From: Armatimonadota bacterium
GTDB taxonomy: Bacteria; Armatimonadota; SYMT01
Direction of reading: 5' to 3'
Assembly: GCA_046292385.1 (NCBI GenBank)
Contig: JBKBRF010000035.1
Coordinates: forward strand, 13,500-77,499
DNA: 64,000 nt
Shown here: positions 37,066 through 46,747 of the stretch, one piece after another
Layout of the letters: every line of letters starts with the position of its first letter
How positions within the stretch are numbered: the stretch's first letter is position 1
The notes under the pieces: model-generated
The model's input: the letters and a program-made list of their open reading frames with translations, nothing else
Database searches by the model: none
Told to the model about the DNA's origin: nothing
Program-made: the position numbers and the translations under genes

Positions 37066-37956
37066 TCAAGAAACCTGGTGGACGAAGTACTCTTCCAACG
37101 CGCCTTCGCGCTCGCCGGCGTCGAGCAGCTCCGCGTCCGGCTCCCGCAGGGAGTCGAGTGCCGCCCGCCACTCCGGGAGCGAGCTGAACTCCGCCTCCCA
37201 GAGGTCGCCCTTCCGCTCCGCCGCGAACCGCGGCACCGCCGCCGAGCGGAAGCGGATCCAGTAGCGGCGCAGGTCGCGCAGGAGCTCGTCGACCTTCCGC
37301 TCGTCCCGCACGCGCCCGCGATGCACCAGGATCACCCGGTCGCAGAGCTGCGCCACCTCGGTCAGCTCGTGAGAGGAGAAGAAGAGGGTCACGCCTTTCC
37401 GCTTCTGCTCCAGCAGCAGGTCGCGCAGGTCGCGCCGGCCGAGGGGGTCGAGACCGCTGCTCACCTCGTCCAGGATCAGCAGCTGCGGGTCGCCCAGCAG
37501 CGACTGCGCGATGCCGACGCGCTGCAGCATGCCCTTGGAGAAGCCCTTCAGGCGGTCCCGCTCGCGCCCGCGCAGCCCGACGCGCTCCAGCAGCTCCGCG
37601 CTCTGGCGGCGGGTCTCCTCCGCGGTGAGCCCGGCCAGGCGCCCGTACATCCAGAGCGTCTCCTGCGGGGTGAGCCAGGGGTAGTAGAGCGCGACTTCGG
37701 GCAGGAAGCCGACACGCCGCCGCGCCTCCGGGCTGCCCGCGGGCTGGCCCAGCAGCCGGGCCTCGCCGCCGGACGGGGTGACGAAGCCCATCACCGCCTT
37801 GATCGTCGACGACTTGCCCGCGCCGTTCGGACCGATGAACCCGACCACTTCCCCCGGCGCCACGTGGAACGTGAGGCCGTTCACCGCCTGGTGCGGCTTG
37901 CGCCCCCAGCCGCGGCGGTAGGTAATCTGTAGATCTCTTGCCTCTAACGCCGTCAT
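37066..37956 (-). CDS. ABC transporter ATP-binding protein
   Basis: GPNGAGKSS, FSKGMLQR, LILDE and SSH motifs. Confidence 0.95.
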   Translation of the reverse strand: MTALEARDLQITYRRGWGRKPHQAVNGLTFHVAPGEVVGFIGPNGAGKSSTIKAVMGFVTPSGGEARLLGQPAGSPEARRRVGFLPEVALYYPWLTPQETLWMYGRLAGLTAEETRRQSAELLERVGLRGRERDRLKGFSKGMLQRVGIAQSLLGDPQLLILDEVSSGLDPLGRRDLRDLLLEQKRKGVTLFFSSHELTEVAQLCDRVILVHRGRVRDERKVDELLRDLRRYWIRFRSAAVPRFAAERKGDLWEAEFSSLPEWRAALDSLREPDAELLDAGEREGALEEYFVHQVS

Positions 37957-38250
37957 CAGTCGCTCTATTCGTGTGTCACTCCGCATCGGACCGAGCGAGA
38001 ACGGGTAGAGCCTTTCATGCCCGGCTGCTCCAGCTCGCCGACTTTCCCTTGCTCCCACCCGGTCCGAAAAGTCCCGGCGGGATTATCGGTGAGAAAGTCC
38101 GACTTCTGGAGTAGGGAGGCGCGCCGTTAGAGAGCGCCCGTAGAACTACTCAGCGAGCGTGCGGGGAGGACCGGCCGTCGTAAGCGGCGAAGCGGTCCCC
38201 GTGCCGAGGCTCCACTGGTGGAATCCGGCTCACGCTCTTCCTCCAGCTTC

Positions 38251-40011
38251 ATGAATCATCGATCGCCGCTCCCCGTGTCTGTTGCCGTCCTGCTCACTGC
38301 CATAACGATTGCCGCCGGTGCCGCCGCCGCTCCTCGCGCGAAGGCAAAGCCTGCACGGGCCTCCGGTAAGGCCACCGCGCCCAAGGCGCGCCGCGTGCTC
38401 GACGTGGAAAAGCTGCGCATCGTTACCGCCAGCCCGCGTCCCAATGCGATCCCGACGTGCGACGTACTGGTGATGGGGGGCGGCCTGGGCGGCGTGGCGG
38501 CGGCGGAGGCGCTGGCGAAGCAGGGGCGCACCGTGATCCTGGCGGAGCCGACCTCCTGGCTCGGAGGTCAGCTCACCTCCCAGGGCGTCTCCCTGCCGGA
38601 CGAGAACTCCTACATCGAGCAGAATCCGGGGGTCGGCACCCAGGCGTACCGCTCGCTCCGGGAGGAGCTGCGCGCGAAGTATGCCGCGATGCCGGGGATC
38701 AAGCCGGGGCGAGAGAAGAGCGTCGGCGTGGCGTGGGTGAGTCGCATCACCGGTGAGCCGGCGGTCTGGGAAGAGGTGATCCGCGCCCGCCTGGACGCGC
38801 TGCGGGGCTCCTCCGGCATCCGCGAGATCCACACCCGTACCCAGCTCGTGGAAGTGAAGCGGTTCCCTCACAACAACCGCTACCAGTACGCCGACCTGGT
38901 CCACCTCGATACCGGCCGGATTACGCGCGTGGCGGCGCGGTACCTGCTCGACGCGACCGAGCTGGGAGACGGCGTCGCCCTGGCAGGATCGCCGTGGACG
39001 GTCGGCGCGGAGGCCCGCTCCGCCTACGGGGAGCCGCACGCGCCGGAGACGGCCCGGCCGGACTGGATCCAGAGCTTTACCTACTGCTTCGCCGTGCGGT
39101 GGCAGCCGGAAGGCCCGCACCGCATCGTGGAGAAGCCGGCGGAGTACGAGTACTTCAAGTCGCTCGGCGAGTACACCCTGGGGTACGACTACATCGACCG
39201 TGGCCGGATCTTCTACAAGGTCTTCGAACGGGTGCCCGGCGCGGGCGGCCCGTTCTGGACCTACCGCCGGATCATTGCCGCCTCCAGCTTCGCGAACAAT
39301 CCGAAGTACGCGCAGGACCTGGCGCTCATCAACTGGCGGGGCAACGACTTCCACGAAGAGAACCCGATCGGCAAGCCGCTGGAGGAGCAGGTCCGCATCC
39401 TGAAGCGCGCCAAGGACTTTGCGCAGGGCTTCCTCTACTGGCTCCAGACCGAGTGCCCGCGCGACGATGGCAGCGGGGTCGGCTATCCGGAGATGCAGCT
39501 CGCTGCGGACGCGATGGGCACCGCGGACGGCTTCGCGATGTACCCCTACATCCGGGAGTCGCGCCGGATCAAGGGCCAGTTCACGCTGACCGAGCAGCAC
39601 CTGGCGCCCGATCCGGAGAACCCGGAGAAGAAGTGGGGCGAGGAGTTCTTCGATACGGTCGGCATCGCGCTCTATTCGATGGACATCCATCCTTCCAAGG
39701 GCGAGCCGCCGTTCCTCTCCCGCGCGCTGCCGTACCACCTCCCGCTTGGCTCGTTCATCCCGCGCTCCGGGCCGGACAACGTGCTGCCCGCCGCCAAGAA
39801 CTTCGGCGCCAGCCGGCTGGCGCTCTCCTCGGCCCGCATGCACCCCACCGAGTGGCTGGCCGGCGAGGTGGCGGGTCACCTGGCGGCGTTCTGCCTGGGC
39901 CACCGCGTGCGACCGGAAGAAGTCCGCGGCCAGCCGGAGCTGCTGCGGAAGTTCCAGACGCAGCTGGAGCAGGGCGGCGTGCCTCTGCGCTGGAGCGAGA
40001 TCATCAAGTAA
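38251..40011 (+). CDS. Exported FAD-dependent oxidoreductase
   Basis: Signal peptide; DVLVMGGGLGGVAAA, WLGGQLTSQGV, DATELGD, PYIRESRR and RMHPTEW. Confidence 0.88.
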   Translation: MNHRSPLPVSVAVLLTAITIAAGAAAAPRAKAKPARASGKATAPKARRVLDVEKLRIVTASPRPNAIPTCDVLVMGGGLGGVAAAEALAKQGRTVILAEPTSWLGGQLTSQGVSLPDENSYIEQNPGVGTQAYRSLREELRAKYAAMPGIKPGREKSVGVAWVSRITGEPAVWEEVIRARLDALRGSSGIREIHTRTQLVEVKRFPHNNRYQYADLVHLDTGRITRVAARYLLDATELGDGVALAGSPWTVGAEARSAYGEPHAPETARPDWIQSFTYCFAVRWQPEGPHRIVEKPAEYEYFKSLGEYTLGYDYIDRGRIFYKVFERVPGAGGPFWTYRRIIAASSFANNPKYAQDLALINWRGNDFHEENPIGKPLEEQVRILKRAKDFAQGFLYWLQTECPRDDGSGVGYPEMQLAADAMGTADGFAMYPYIRESRRIKGQFTLTEQHLAPDPENPEKKWGEEFFDTVGIALYSMDIHPSKGEPPFLSRALPYHLPLGSFIPRSGPDNVLPAAKNFGASRLALSSARMHPTEWLAGEVAGHLAAFCLGHRVRPEEVRGQPELLRKFQTQLEQGGVPLRWSEIIK

Positions 40012-40087
40012 GCCCGTCGATGCAGCACCCGCCGCTTCTGCCGGATACTGCATTCAAAGGTCGGCAACCAGTGAGAAGGGAGCTTGC

Positions 40088-40603
40088 ATGATGGTTCGAA
40101 GTCTGGCGCTCACCCTGGCGGTCGGGGCGGCGGTGCTCTCCGCCGGGTCCGCGACCGCGAACGACGCGGTGAAGAAGGCGATCGGAGGTCGCTACAAGCA
40201 GTACGAGCAGGCCTACCAGAAGCGGGACGTTCCCGCGATGATGAAGCTGACCACCTCCGACTTCGTGGTGCACCTGCCCGGCGGCCGGAAATTCACCCGG
40301 AAGCAGGCGGAGACGGAGCTGAAGTCGCAGTTCCAGATGCTGCCGGCGGGCGGCAGTTTCTCGGTGACGATCCGGAAGGTCGAGCTGAAGGGCGCCCAGG
40401 CCACCGTGATCGCCGCGGAGCGAGCGAAGCACACGCTGGCCGGACCGGACGGCAAGAAGATGCCGGTCCTCATCGCGTCCGAGAGCCGGGACGTCTGGGT
40501 GAAGAAGGGGAGCCAGTGGCTGCTGAAGAGCTCCACCATGCTGAACCAGAAGATCACCTCCAACGGCAAGCCGGTGCCGATCCCCACGCCCGCAGGCGGG
40601 TAA
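40088..40603 (+). CDS. Secreted NTF2-like (DUF4440) protein
   Basis: Signal peptide; AYQKRDVPAM...DFV and RDVWVKKGSQW. Confidence 0.8.
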   Translation: MMVRSLALTLAVGAAVLSAGSATANDAVKKAIGGRYKQYEQAYQKRDVPAMMKLTTSDFVVHLPGGRKFTRKQAETELKSQFQMLPAGGSFSVTIRKVELKGAQATVIAAERAKHTLAGPDGKKMPVLIASESRDVWVKKGSQWLLKSSTMLNQKITSNGKPVPIPTPAGG

Positions 40604-40646
40604 CGATCTCCGGAGCCGGGAGCTGCAGAACCGACGCGGCTCCCGG

Positions 40647-41294
40647 CTACTGCCGCGCCCGTTCGGACGCGTGCGGTCCCGCTTCAGCGGTCTGATCTCC
40701 GTTGCTGTCCCACGTGATTACCCGGTAGAGCCACCAGAGCGCGATGCCGCCCAGGATGACCCAGGTGGCGGGCGTGAGGTAGTGCTCCACCGCCTGGTAG
40801 TTCCGCCCCAGAAGCGTCCCGAGCCACGCGAGCACGCCGCTCCAGATGGTGGTCCCCGCCGCGGTGCAGAGCAGGAACGGAGCCAGGTGCATCCGGGCCG
40901 TCCCCGCGGGGATCGAGACGAGCGAGCGGATCCCCGGCACCAGCCGCGCGAAGAAGACGACCGCGCCGCCGTACCGGTCGAACCACTCCCGCGCCTGGTC
41001 GATCTCCTTCGGGGAAATCGCCAGCCACCGGCCATGCCGCTCCGTCCACGCGCGCAGCCGGTCCGGGCCGACGGTCCGCCCCAGGTAGTAAAGCGGGAGC
41101 TGCCCCACCAGGGAACCGAGGGCGCCGGCGGCGATTACCGCCCAGAGGGAGAAGTCGCCGCGCACCGTCAGGAAGCCGGCCAGCGGCATGATCAGCTCGG
41201 AGGGCACGGGCGGAAAGACGTTCTCCAGGAACATGAGGACCGCGACTCCGATCAGCCCCATGCTCCGCACCGTGTCGACGATCCACTCGAACAT
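40647..41294 (-). CDS. DedA family membrane protein
   Basis: ENVFPPVPSELIMPLAG and FFARLVPGIRSLVSIPAG. Confidence 0.95.
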   Translation of the reverse strand: MFEWIVDTVRSMGLIGVAVLMFLENVFPPVPSELIMPLAGFLTVRGDFSLWAVIAAGALGSLVGQLPLYYLGRTVGPDRLRAWTERHGRWLAISPKEIDQAREWFDRYGGAVVFFARLVPGIRSLVSIPAGTARMHLAPFLLCTAAGTTIWSGVLAWLGTLLGRNYQAVEHYLTPATWVILGGIALWWLYRVITWDSNGDQTAEAGPHASERARQ

Positions 41295-41497
41295 CCGCGT
41301 CTGCCTTCCCTCGCGGTGAGCCACATCTAGCGTTCCCTACCCGGCCCACCCAGACGCCAAAACGGCCGCGGGAGAGCGCCTCTCGCCCGAACCGCCGCGC
41401 TTCGAGCGGCAGGTGATCGCGAGAGAACCAAGAACTTTTCAAGACAACGGTTTGCTGTAAAGTGAACCGACCGAGGGCGCGAGGCCGAGCACGGCAA

Positions 41498-41605
41498 TAC
41501 GTCGGTCGATGGATCCGATGCGACCTACACGACGCCGATCCAATGGAGCTTCGCGCGGGCCTACGCTCTGGAAATGCGGAGCAGAGACGATGGTTAAACC
41601 GGTAG
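41498..41605 (+). pseudogene. Remnant C-terminal tip of an Rhs HEXXH-type toxin
   Basis: Frame from 41522 reads DLHDADPMELRAGLRSGNAEQRRWLNR*, matching EAHDANPMEIDADIRSGNSENNRWLNP* at the end of the ORF ending 43170. Confidence 0.75.
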
Positions 41606-41976
41606 CAAGTCTCCTCAAGCTGGACGGCGCCTCTACGCTACCGAGATACAAGCGGTCCGTTGCTTCCCTCGCGGCGGCGTTCACCTGTGCATGCGTGCTT
41701 ACCAGCTGCGCGAAAACAATCCATCTGGAGATTCACAATCAGCTGCGGGGCCCGGTCGAAGTGGTGAAGGTGACCTGGAGAGGTCAGCGGGTTTTGGGGA
41801 CGGTCCCAGCAGGCGGAACTACACGCTTTCGCTCCGCGTTCGCGAGCGGCAACAAGCCGTATCACGTAGTCTTCCGACATGCGCGTGGCAAGACGGTCGG
41901 AGAAGAGTACCGCACGTCTGCCGAAGTGCACGACCGCCTGACGAGCGATAACACCTGGATCATCAATCTTCGCTAA
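41590..41976 (+). CDS. Lipoprotein, putative immunity protein (paralogue of 43155-43559)
   Basis: MVKPVA start overlapping the tip remnant; lipobox LTSC; IHLEIHNQL...DNTWIINLR. Confidence 0.75.
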   Translation: MVKPVASLLKLDGASTLPRYKRSVASLAAAFTCACVLTSCAKTIHLEIHNQLRGPVEVVKVTWRGQRVLGTVPAGGTTRFRSAFASGNKPYHVVFRHARGKTVGEEYRTSAEVHDRLTSDNTWIINLR

Positions 41977-42141
41977 TCAGCCGCGTCGTACTCGGTTCTG
42001 AACGACACCGTCGGCCCCATCCACGCTGTGCTGGAGTCCGTGAGCTCCGGGGCCCGCAAGTTCGCGCCGGTCGAACTCGGCAGACGCGGTGACCCGCAGT
42101 ACCCCTGATTTGGGTGGCTGAAAGCGTCCGGAAGCTGGCCG

Positions 42142-43170
42142 ACGACGCTGGCCTGGGACTACAACCAGAAGCTGACCGGGATCACCTACCCGAACAGCAC
42201 CACCAACAGCTTCGTCACCAACGATCTCGGCAAGCGGGTTAGCAAGACCGACAGCGGCGGGACCACCACGTACCTCTTCGACGGCGACGGCGTGGTGGCG
42301 GACAGCCGCGCCGACTACACCCGGGGCGGCGTGACCGGCCTGATCAGCGAGCGGGAGGGCAGCACCACCCGGACCCACCACGGCGATCAACTCGGCAGCA
42401 CGCGGGGACTGACGGACGGCACGCAGAGCGTCACCCACAGCCGGGAGTACGACGCCTTCGGGATGACGGTCGGTGGCACCGGGCTTCCCACTCCGTTCGG
42501 GTTCGTGGGCGGGCAGGGGTACCAGAAGGATCCGGACAGCGGCTTGATGCTGCTGGGAGCCAGGTACTACGACCCGAGCGTGGGGAGGTTCATCAGTCGA
42601 GATCCGATGGGGTGCGGCGGCGGCGATCCCAATCTGTACCGATACTGCGCCAACAATCCGGTTGCGGCGACGGATCCCAGTGGCGAGGCTGCAATTGTCA
42701 TCGCAGCGCTCGTCGTCCTGGCGGTCGTCTTCGTCGTTACGAGTAGTGGACAAATCGATGAGAGCGAAGGTTGGTCGAAATTCGGTGAGTCGGTCTGGAA
42801 CGGGCTGAACAATGCGATAGGCGCAGTCGCTAGTATCGGAGGAAGTGGATACTATGATGAGCAGCGAGACGTGTTCATCGTAGAAGGAGGCTGGGGGTCG
42901 TACGTCAACAGCGATGTGATGGGCTACGGTGGGATCACCCTCGGTGACGTTATCATCGTGCCCGACCTCAGAAAGCTCAATGATGTGATCGATCATGAAA
43001 TGATCCATGTGGAACAGAGCAGGGTGCTTGGCCCACTTTATCTTCCTGCTTACGTTGGCGGTGCAATCGAGGGATGGCGAAACGGCGAGGCACATGACGC
43101 CAATCCGATGGAGATTGATGCCGACATTCGCTCGGGGAATTCGGAGAATAATCGATGGCTAAACCCGTAG
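42142..43170 (+). pseudogene. Orphan Rhs cassette 1: truncated core plus HEXXH metallopeptidase-like tip
   Basis: GDQLGSTR, YDAFG, ARYYDPSVGRFISRDP and NNPV..TDPSG; tip HEMIHVEQ...NPMEIDA; no full Rhs N-terminus, frame open from 42109. Confidence 0.85.
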
Positions 43171-43559
43171 CCCCCTCGGGGCAGGCTCGACAGAAATGCC
43201 TCTCCTGCCCCGTTGACACTCTGCGTCGGATCTCAGGTGCTGTCACACGCGCGCTCAGTGCGTTAGCTCTCGCCGTAGCTCTCGCTGGATGTCAGAAGTG
43301 CATTCACTTGCAAGTTCATAACCACCTGAAAACACCCGTTGAGGTGGTAACTGCAACACCCAAAAGAAGTGTCGTGGAGGGCATCGTCCTCCCGGGCGGG
43401 TCAGTTCGCTTCAAGTGCGCATTCCTGGGTGGACCGGGTCCGTATCACGTAGTCCTACGGGATCCTGGCGGAAAGAAAATACGCGAAGAGCGGCGTACGC
43501 CCGCGGAGCTTCACGACCACCTGACTCGAGATAACACGTGGATAATTGATCTCAGGTAA
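43155..43559 (+). CDS. Lipoprotein, putative cognate immunity protein of cassette 1
   Basis: Overlaps the toxin stop by 16 nt; MAKPVA start; lipobox LAGC; IHLQVHNHL...DNTWIIDLR. Confidence 0.78.
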   Translation: MAKPVAPSGQARQKCLSCPVDTLRRISGAVTRALSALALAVALAGCQKCIHLQVHNHLKTPVEVVTATPKRSVVEGIVLPGGSVRFKCAFLGGPGPYHVVLRDPGGKKIREERRTPAELHDHLTRDNTWIIDLR

Positions 43560-43722
43560 TTGATTCCATTTAGGCTGCGCCACAGGCTCGGGTATCAACC
43601 GGCAGAAAGTGTCGAGCCATGGCCATGGACGCGTGCCGGATGGAGCGCCAAGAAATCGCTCATTCGCGGTTTCCGAATCAGGTTTCCCTAGCGTCTCCGG
43701 TGTAATCCTTAGGAGAAACTGA

Positions 43723-44948
43723 AGCCGCCCGCGCCAGTTCAGGGCGGAGAGGATCCGGACGAAAGGCGTCACGGAGAGCTGCACCTACGGAGACAACAAC
43801 CAGTTCCTGACGGCGGGGAGCAAGAGCTACGGGTACGACAACGCCGGCAACCTGACGAGCGTCACCCAGAACAGCCAGACCACCACGCTTGCCTGGGACT
43901 ACAACCAGAAGCCCACCGGGATCACCTATCCGAACAGCACGACCAACAGCTTCGTCACCAATGATCTAGGGAAGCGGGTCAGCAAGACCGACAGCGCTGG
44001 CAACACGACCTACCTCTTCGATGGCCACGATGTGGTGGCGGACAGCCGCGCGGACTACACCCGGGGCGGTGTCACCGGCCTGATCAGCGAGCGAGAAGGC
44101 ACCACCACTCGCACCTACCATGGCGACCAGCTCGGCAGCACGCGGGGTCTCACGAGCAGCAGCCAGAGCGTCACGCATAGCCGGGATTACGACGCCTTCG
44201 GGATGACGGTCGGCGGTACCGGGCTACCCACCCCGTTCGGGTTCGTCGGCGGGCAGGGGTACCAAAAGGACCCGGACAGCGGCCTGATGCTGCTGGGGGC
44301 GAGGTACTACGACCCGAGCGTGGGGAGGTTCATCAGCCGGGACCCGATCGGGTACGCGGGCGGGCTGAACCTTTATGGTTACTGTGGGAACAATCCGGTA
44401 GGCGCCTCTGATCCGTCCGGCCTGATATCGCCCGAGGGGATCCTCGGCGGTCTCTTGGGAGGAGGGGTCGCGGCTATCGCGTTCGCAGGATCACCGTTCC
44501 TGATCCCCGCCGTTGTTGTTGGTGCGGCCGTAATGACCGGGTGGGCAGTCTACAACGCATCCGGCGGTGACACTAACCGCGCCATGGGGAAGCAGCCGAA
44601 GCCGGCATGATCGCCCACAGCGTCGCCACGACCGCGCAAAGTGTCGGCGATGGTCTGCGTGGGATAGATGTGTATCGAGTCTGGGGCAACAAGTCACACC
44701 CCTATGGACGCTCATGGACACGAGTGAATCCATCGGACGTCAAGAATTACCGCGATAGTGCCGGCCTACCAGACGTCAACAGCGGCGAGTACATCAGTCA
44801 CGGTCGCATCATAGATCCGTCCGGCATCGAGATCACAGGTGCCAGTCCGCTCGACGGGAACGCCGGTGGGCTCGACGAGCTCATTGTCCCTAACTCCGTG
44901 AAGCAGATTGAACTCATCGGAGTTCACATGCCCGACAATGCATTATGA
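43723..44948 (+). pseudogene. Orphan Rhs cassette 2: truncated core plus frameshifted ADP-ribosyltransferase-like tip
   Basis: YGYDNAGNLT and a core near-identical to cassette 1; DPSGL; one added G at 44586-44589 joins the ORF ending 44610 to 44607-44948 (VYRVWG...SWT...GGLDELIV). Confidence 0.75.
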
Positions 44949-45355
44949 GCGAAGCTAGCGCGCGCGTTCCGGATTTCATCCTAGCGTCAACGGAGCAGTT
45001 TGATTTTCGGTTTCCAACCAAGTGCTTTCGACTTTTTCGAGTTGGTGGTCAAACACGTGACGACTATCTCATCGTCGAACTTGATCCGCCAGTGGCCTAT
45101 ACCCACGACTCTGAATCGCGAATTCTTCGGAGAGTGCTAATCGCTTCACGACACCTACACCGAGGGCTCTTTCCAGTGACGCACTGGCCGACCGCTGTAT
45201 ACGTCTGCGAGTTGCTAACCAACCCGCTTCCAGGCGCAAGGTTACTTCCAACGGAGTATTCGCTGATCGCCTGGGCGGAGATCTATCCGTCTGTGGAGTC
45301 GGCAATCGAGTCTATGCGCCGGACATATGGCGATAACTGGCAGGATCCTGAGTGA
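44945..45355 (+). CDS. Putative cytoplasmic immunity protein of cassette 2
   Basis: ATGA overlap with the toxin stop; lower GC; 136 aa; no signal peptide. Confidence 0.72.
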   Translation: MSEASARVPDFILASTEQFDFRFPTKCFRLFRVGGQTRDDYLIVELDPPVAYTHDSESRILRRVLIASRHLHRGLFPVTHWPTAVYVCELLTNPLPGARLLPTEYSLIAWAEIYPSVESAIESMRRTYGDNWQDPE

Positions 45356-45399
45356 TCGGCGCCGCCGGATCGTAGAATGCGGGTAAATCGTGCCTGGGT

Positions 45400-46109
45400 C
45401 TATGGAGCCGTCAGTCTATAGCTCAATCCCGCTTGGTTGCTGGTTGAGGGCGAGCGAGTGTGATTCTATGGGGGTATGACCCCCGAGAAGCTCACTTCCG
45501 CTTACCAAGCCATCTCTCCCCCTTTCTAAACGAACGCTTCAAGCGGTTGTTGGCCGTCATGCTGGCCCGCTCCTACGGCCTCGGCGGCGTCACCTTATTC
45601 CACGCGGGCCGCGGGCGTAGCTCGCTCCACCATCGAGCGCGGCTTGACGGAACTGGAGCAGTGGGAGTGGGGAGAAGCACTCGCGGGGGACCGGGTCCGC
45701 CGGCCGGGGGGAGGACGCAAGCGCGTCACCGACACCGTTCCCGAGCTCGACGCGGCACTGTCCGCGCTGGTCGACCCCGTGACCCGCGGTGACCCGGAGA
45801 GCCCCCTGGTCTGGGTAGCCAAGAGTACCCGGGCGCTGGCGGCCGCGCTTCGGGAGCAGGGCTATCAGCTCAGCCACGAAACGGTTCGTCAATGGCTCCT
45901 CCAGCACGGCTTTACCCTACAGTCTACGCGCAAGACCACGGAAGGCAAGCAGCACCCGGACCGCAACGCGCAGTTCGAGTATTGGCCCAGCAGGTCCGGA
46001 AGTTCCCGCAGACCTTTCACCCGGAGTGGAACTACGTGATCGTGCCCCGGTCAGAGCTGCCCGACTGGACAGACAGCCCTGAAGCACTTGTTACTTGACG
46101 GGTCCTTAG
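45400..46109 (+). mobile_element. Internally deleted ISAzo13-family insertion sequence
   Basis: LNER..RL, RVRRPGGGRK, TRGDPESPL.W..KS and KTTEGKQHPDRNAQFEY jump directly to the C-terminal FHPEWNY; imperfect TIRs CTATGGAGCCGTCA / TGACGGGTCCTTAG; frameshift near 45595. Confidence 0.85.
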
Positions 46110-46610
46110 CAATTCGGTTCTCCCATGAGTCGGCGATCGCCAGCTCTACTTCGGTTCTCGCTGTCGCCCACTTCTGGCGCGACCGTCGCTCGACTACCGA
46201 CGAGCTTCCAGACGATGGCGCGGTAGGGATCGTAGTGGCGGAGAAGGCCGGCAGCGTCGCTTCGGCACGGGTCACCCGCGCGCAGAAGCGATAGCTCGGC
46301 AGGTGCACCAGATCCTGCGCGTCGAAGCACAGCGCCAACTCCTTCGCGAGCCGGGCAGTATCTGGCGCCCCCACCCGGAAGACCGCGTCCGAGATCCCCG
46401 GCGGCACCTGGTCCAGGTACTGGTGCGAGAGGGTGAGGGAGAGCCGGTACTTTCGGGCTTCCGAGAGGATCGAGACGAAGGCGTCGTTGCCCAAGTGCTG
46501 AAACTCGTCCACGCCGGGGAAGAAGTCCCGCCGCGCCTCCTCCGGCACGTCCGCGCGACTCATCGCGGCGAGCTGAAAGCCGGCGACGAGCAGACCTCCG
46601 AGCGAGCGCA
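46110..46610 (-). pseudogene. C-terminal fragment of a VirD4/TraG/TraD-like coupling ATPase
   Basis: VDEFQHL...ILSEARKYRLSLTLSHQYLDQ...FRVGAPD...DLVHLP...FSATT; no Walker A or start; 3' end abuts the IS. Confidence 0.8.
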
Positions 46611-46747
46611 CCGGACCTCTCCAGCATTGGAGTGCAGCGGTAGAGGGGTGGCGGCAGCATCTTCTGCTGGCGGGCGTAGGGACAGCAAAACGGCCGCGGG
46701 AGAGCTGGTCTCCCACGGCCGTGTTCCTTTGCCGAGCGCGGGTGGTG

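Noticed and set aside
43455..43784. Minus-strand ORF between the Rhs cassettes
   Set aside because: No motif or RBS, and it overlaps plus-strand features; cannot be supported
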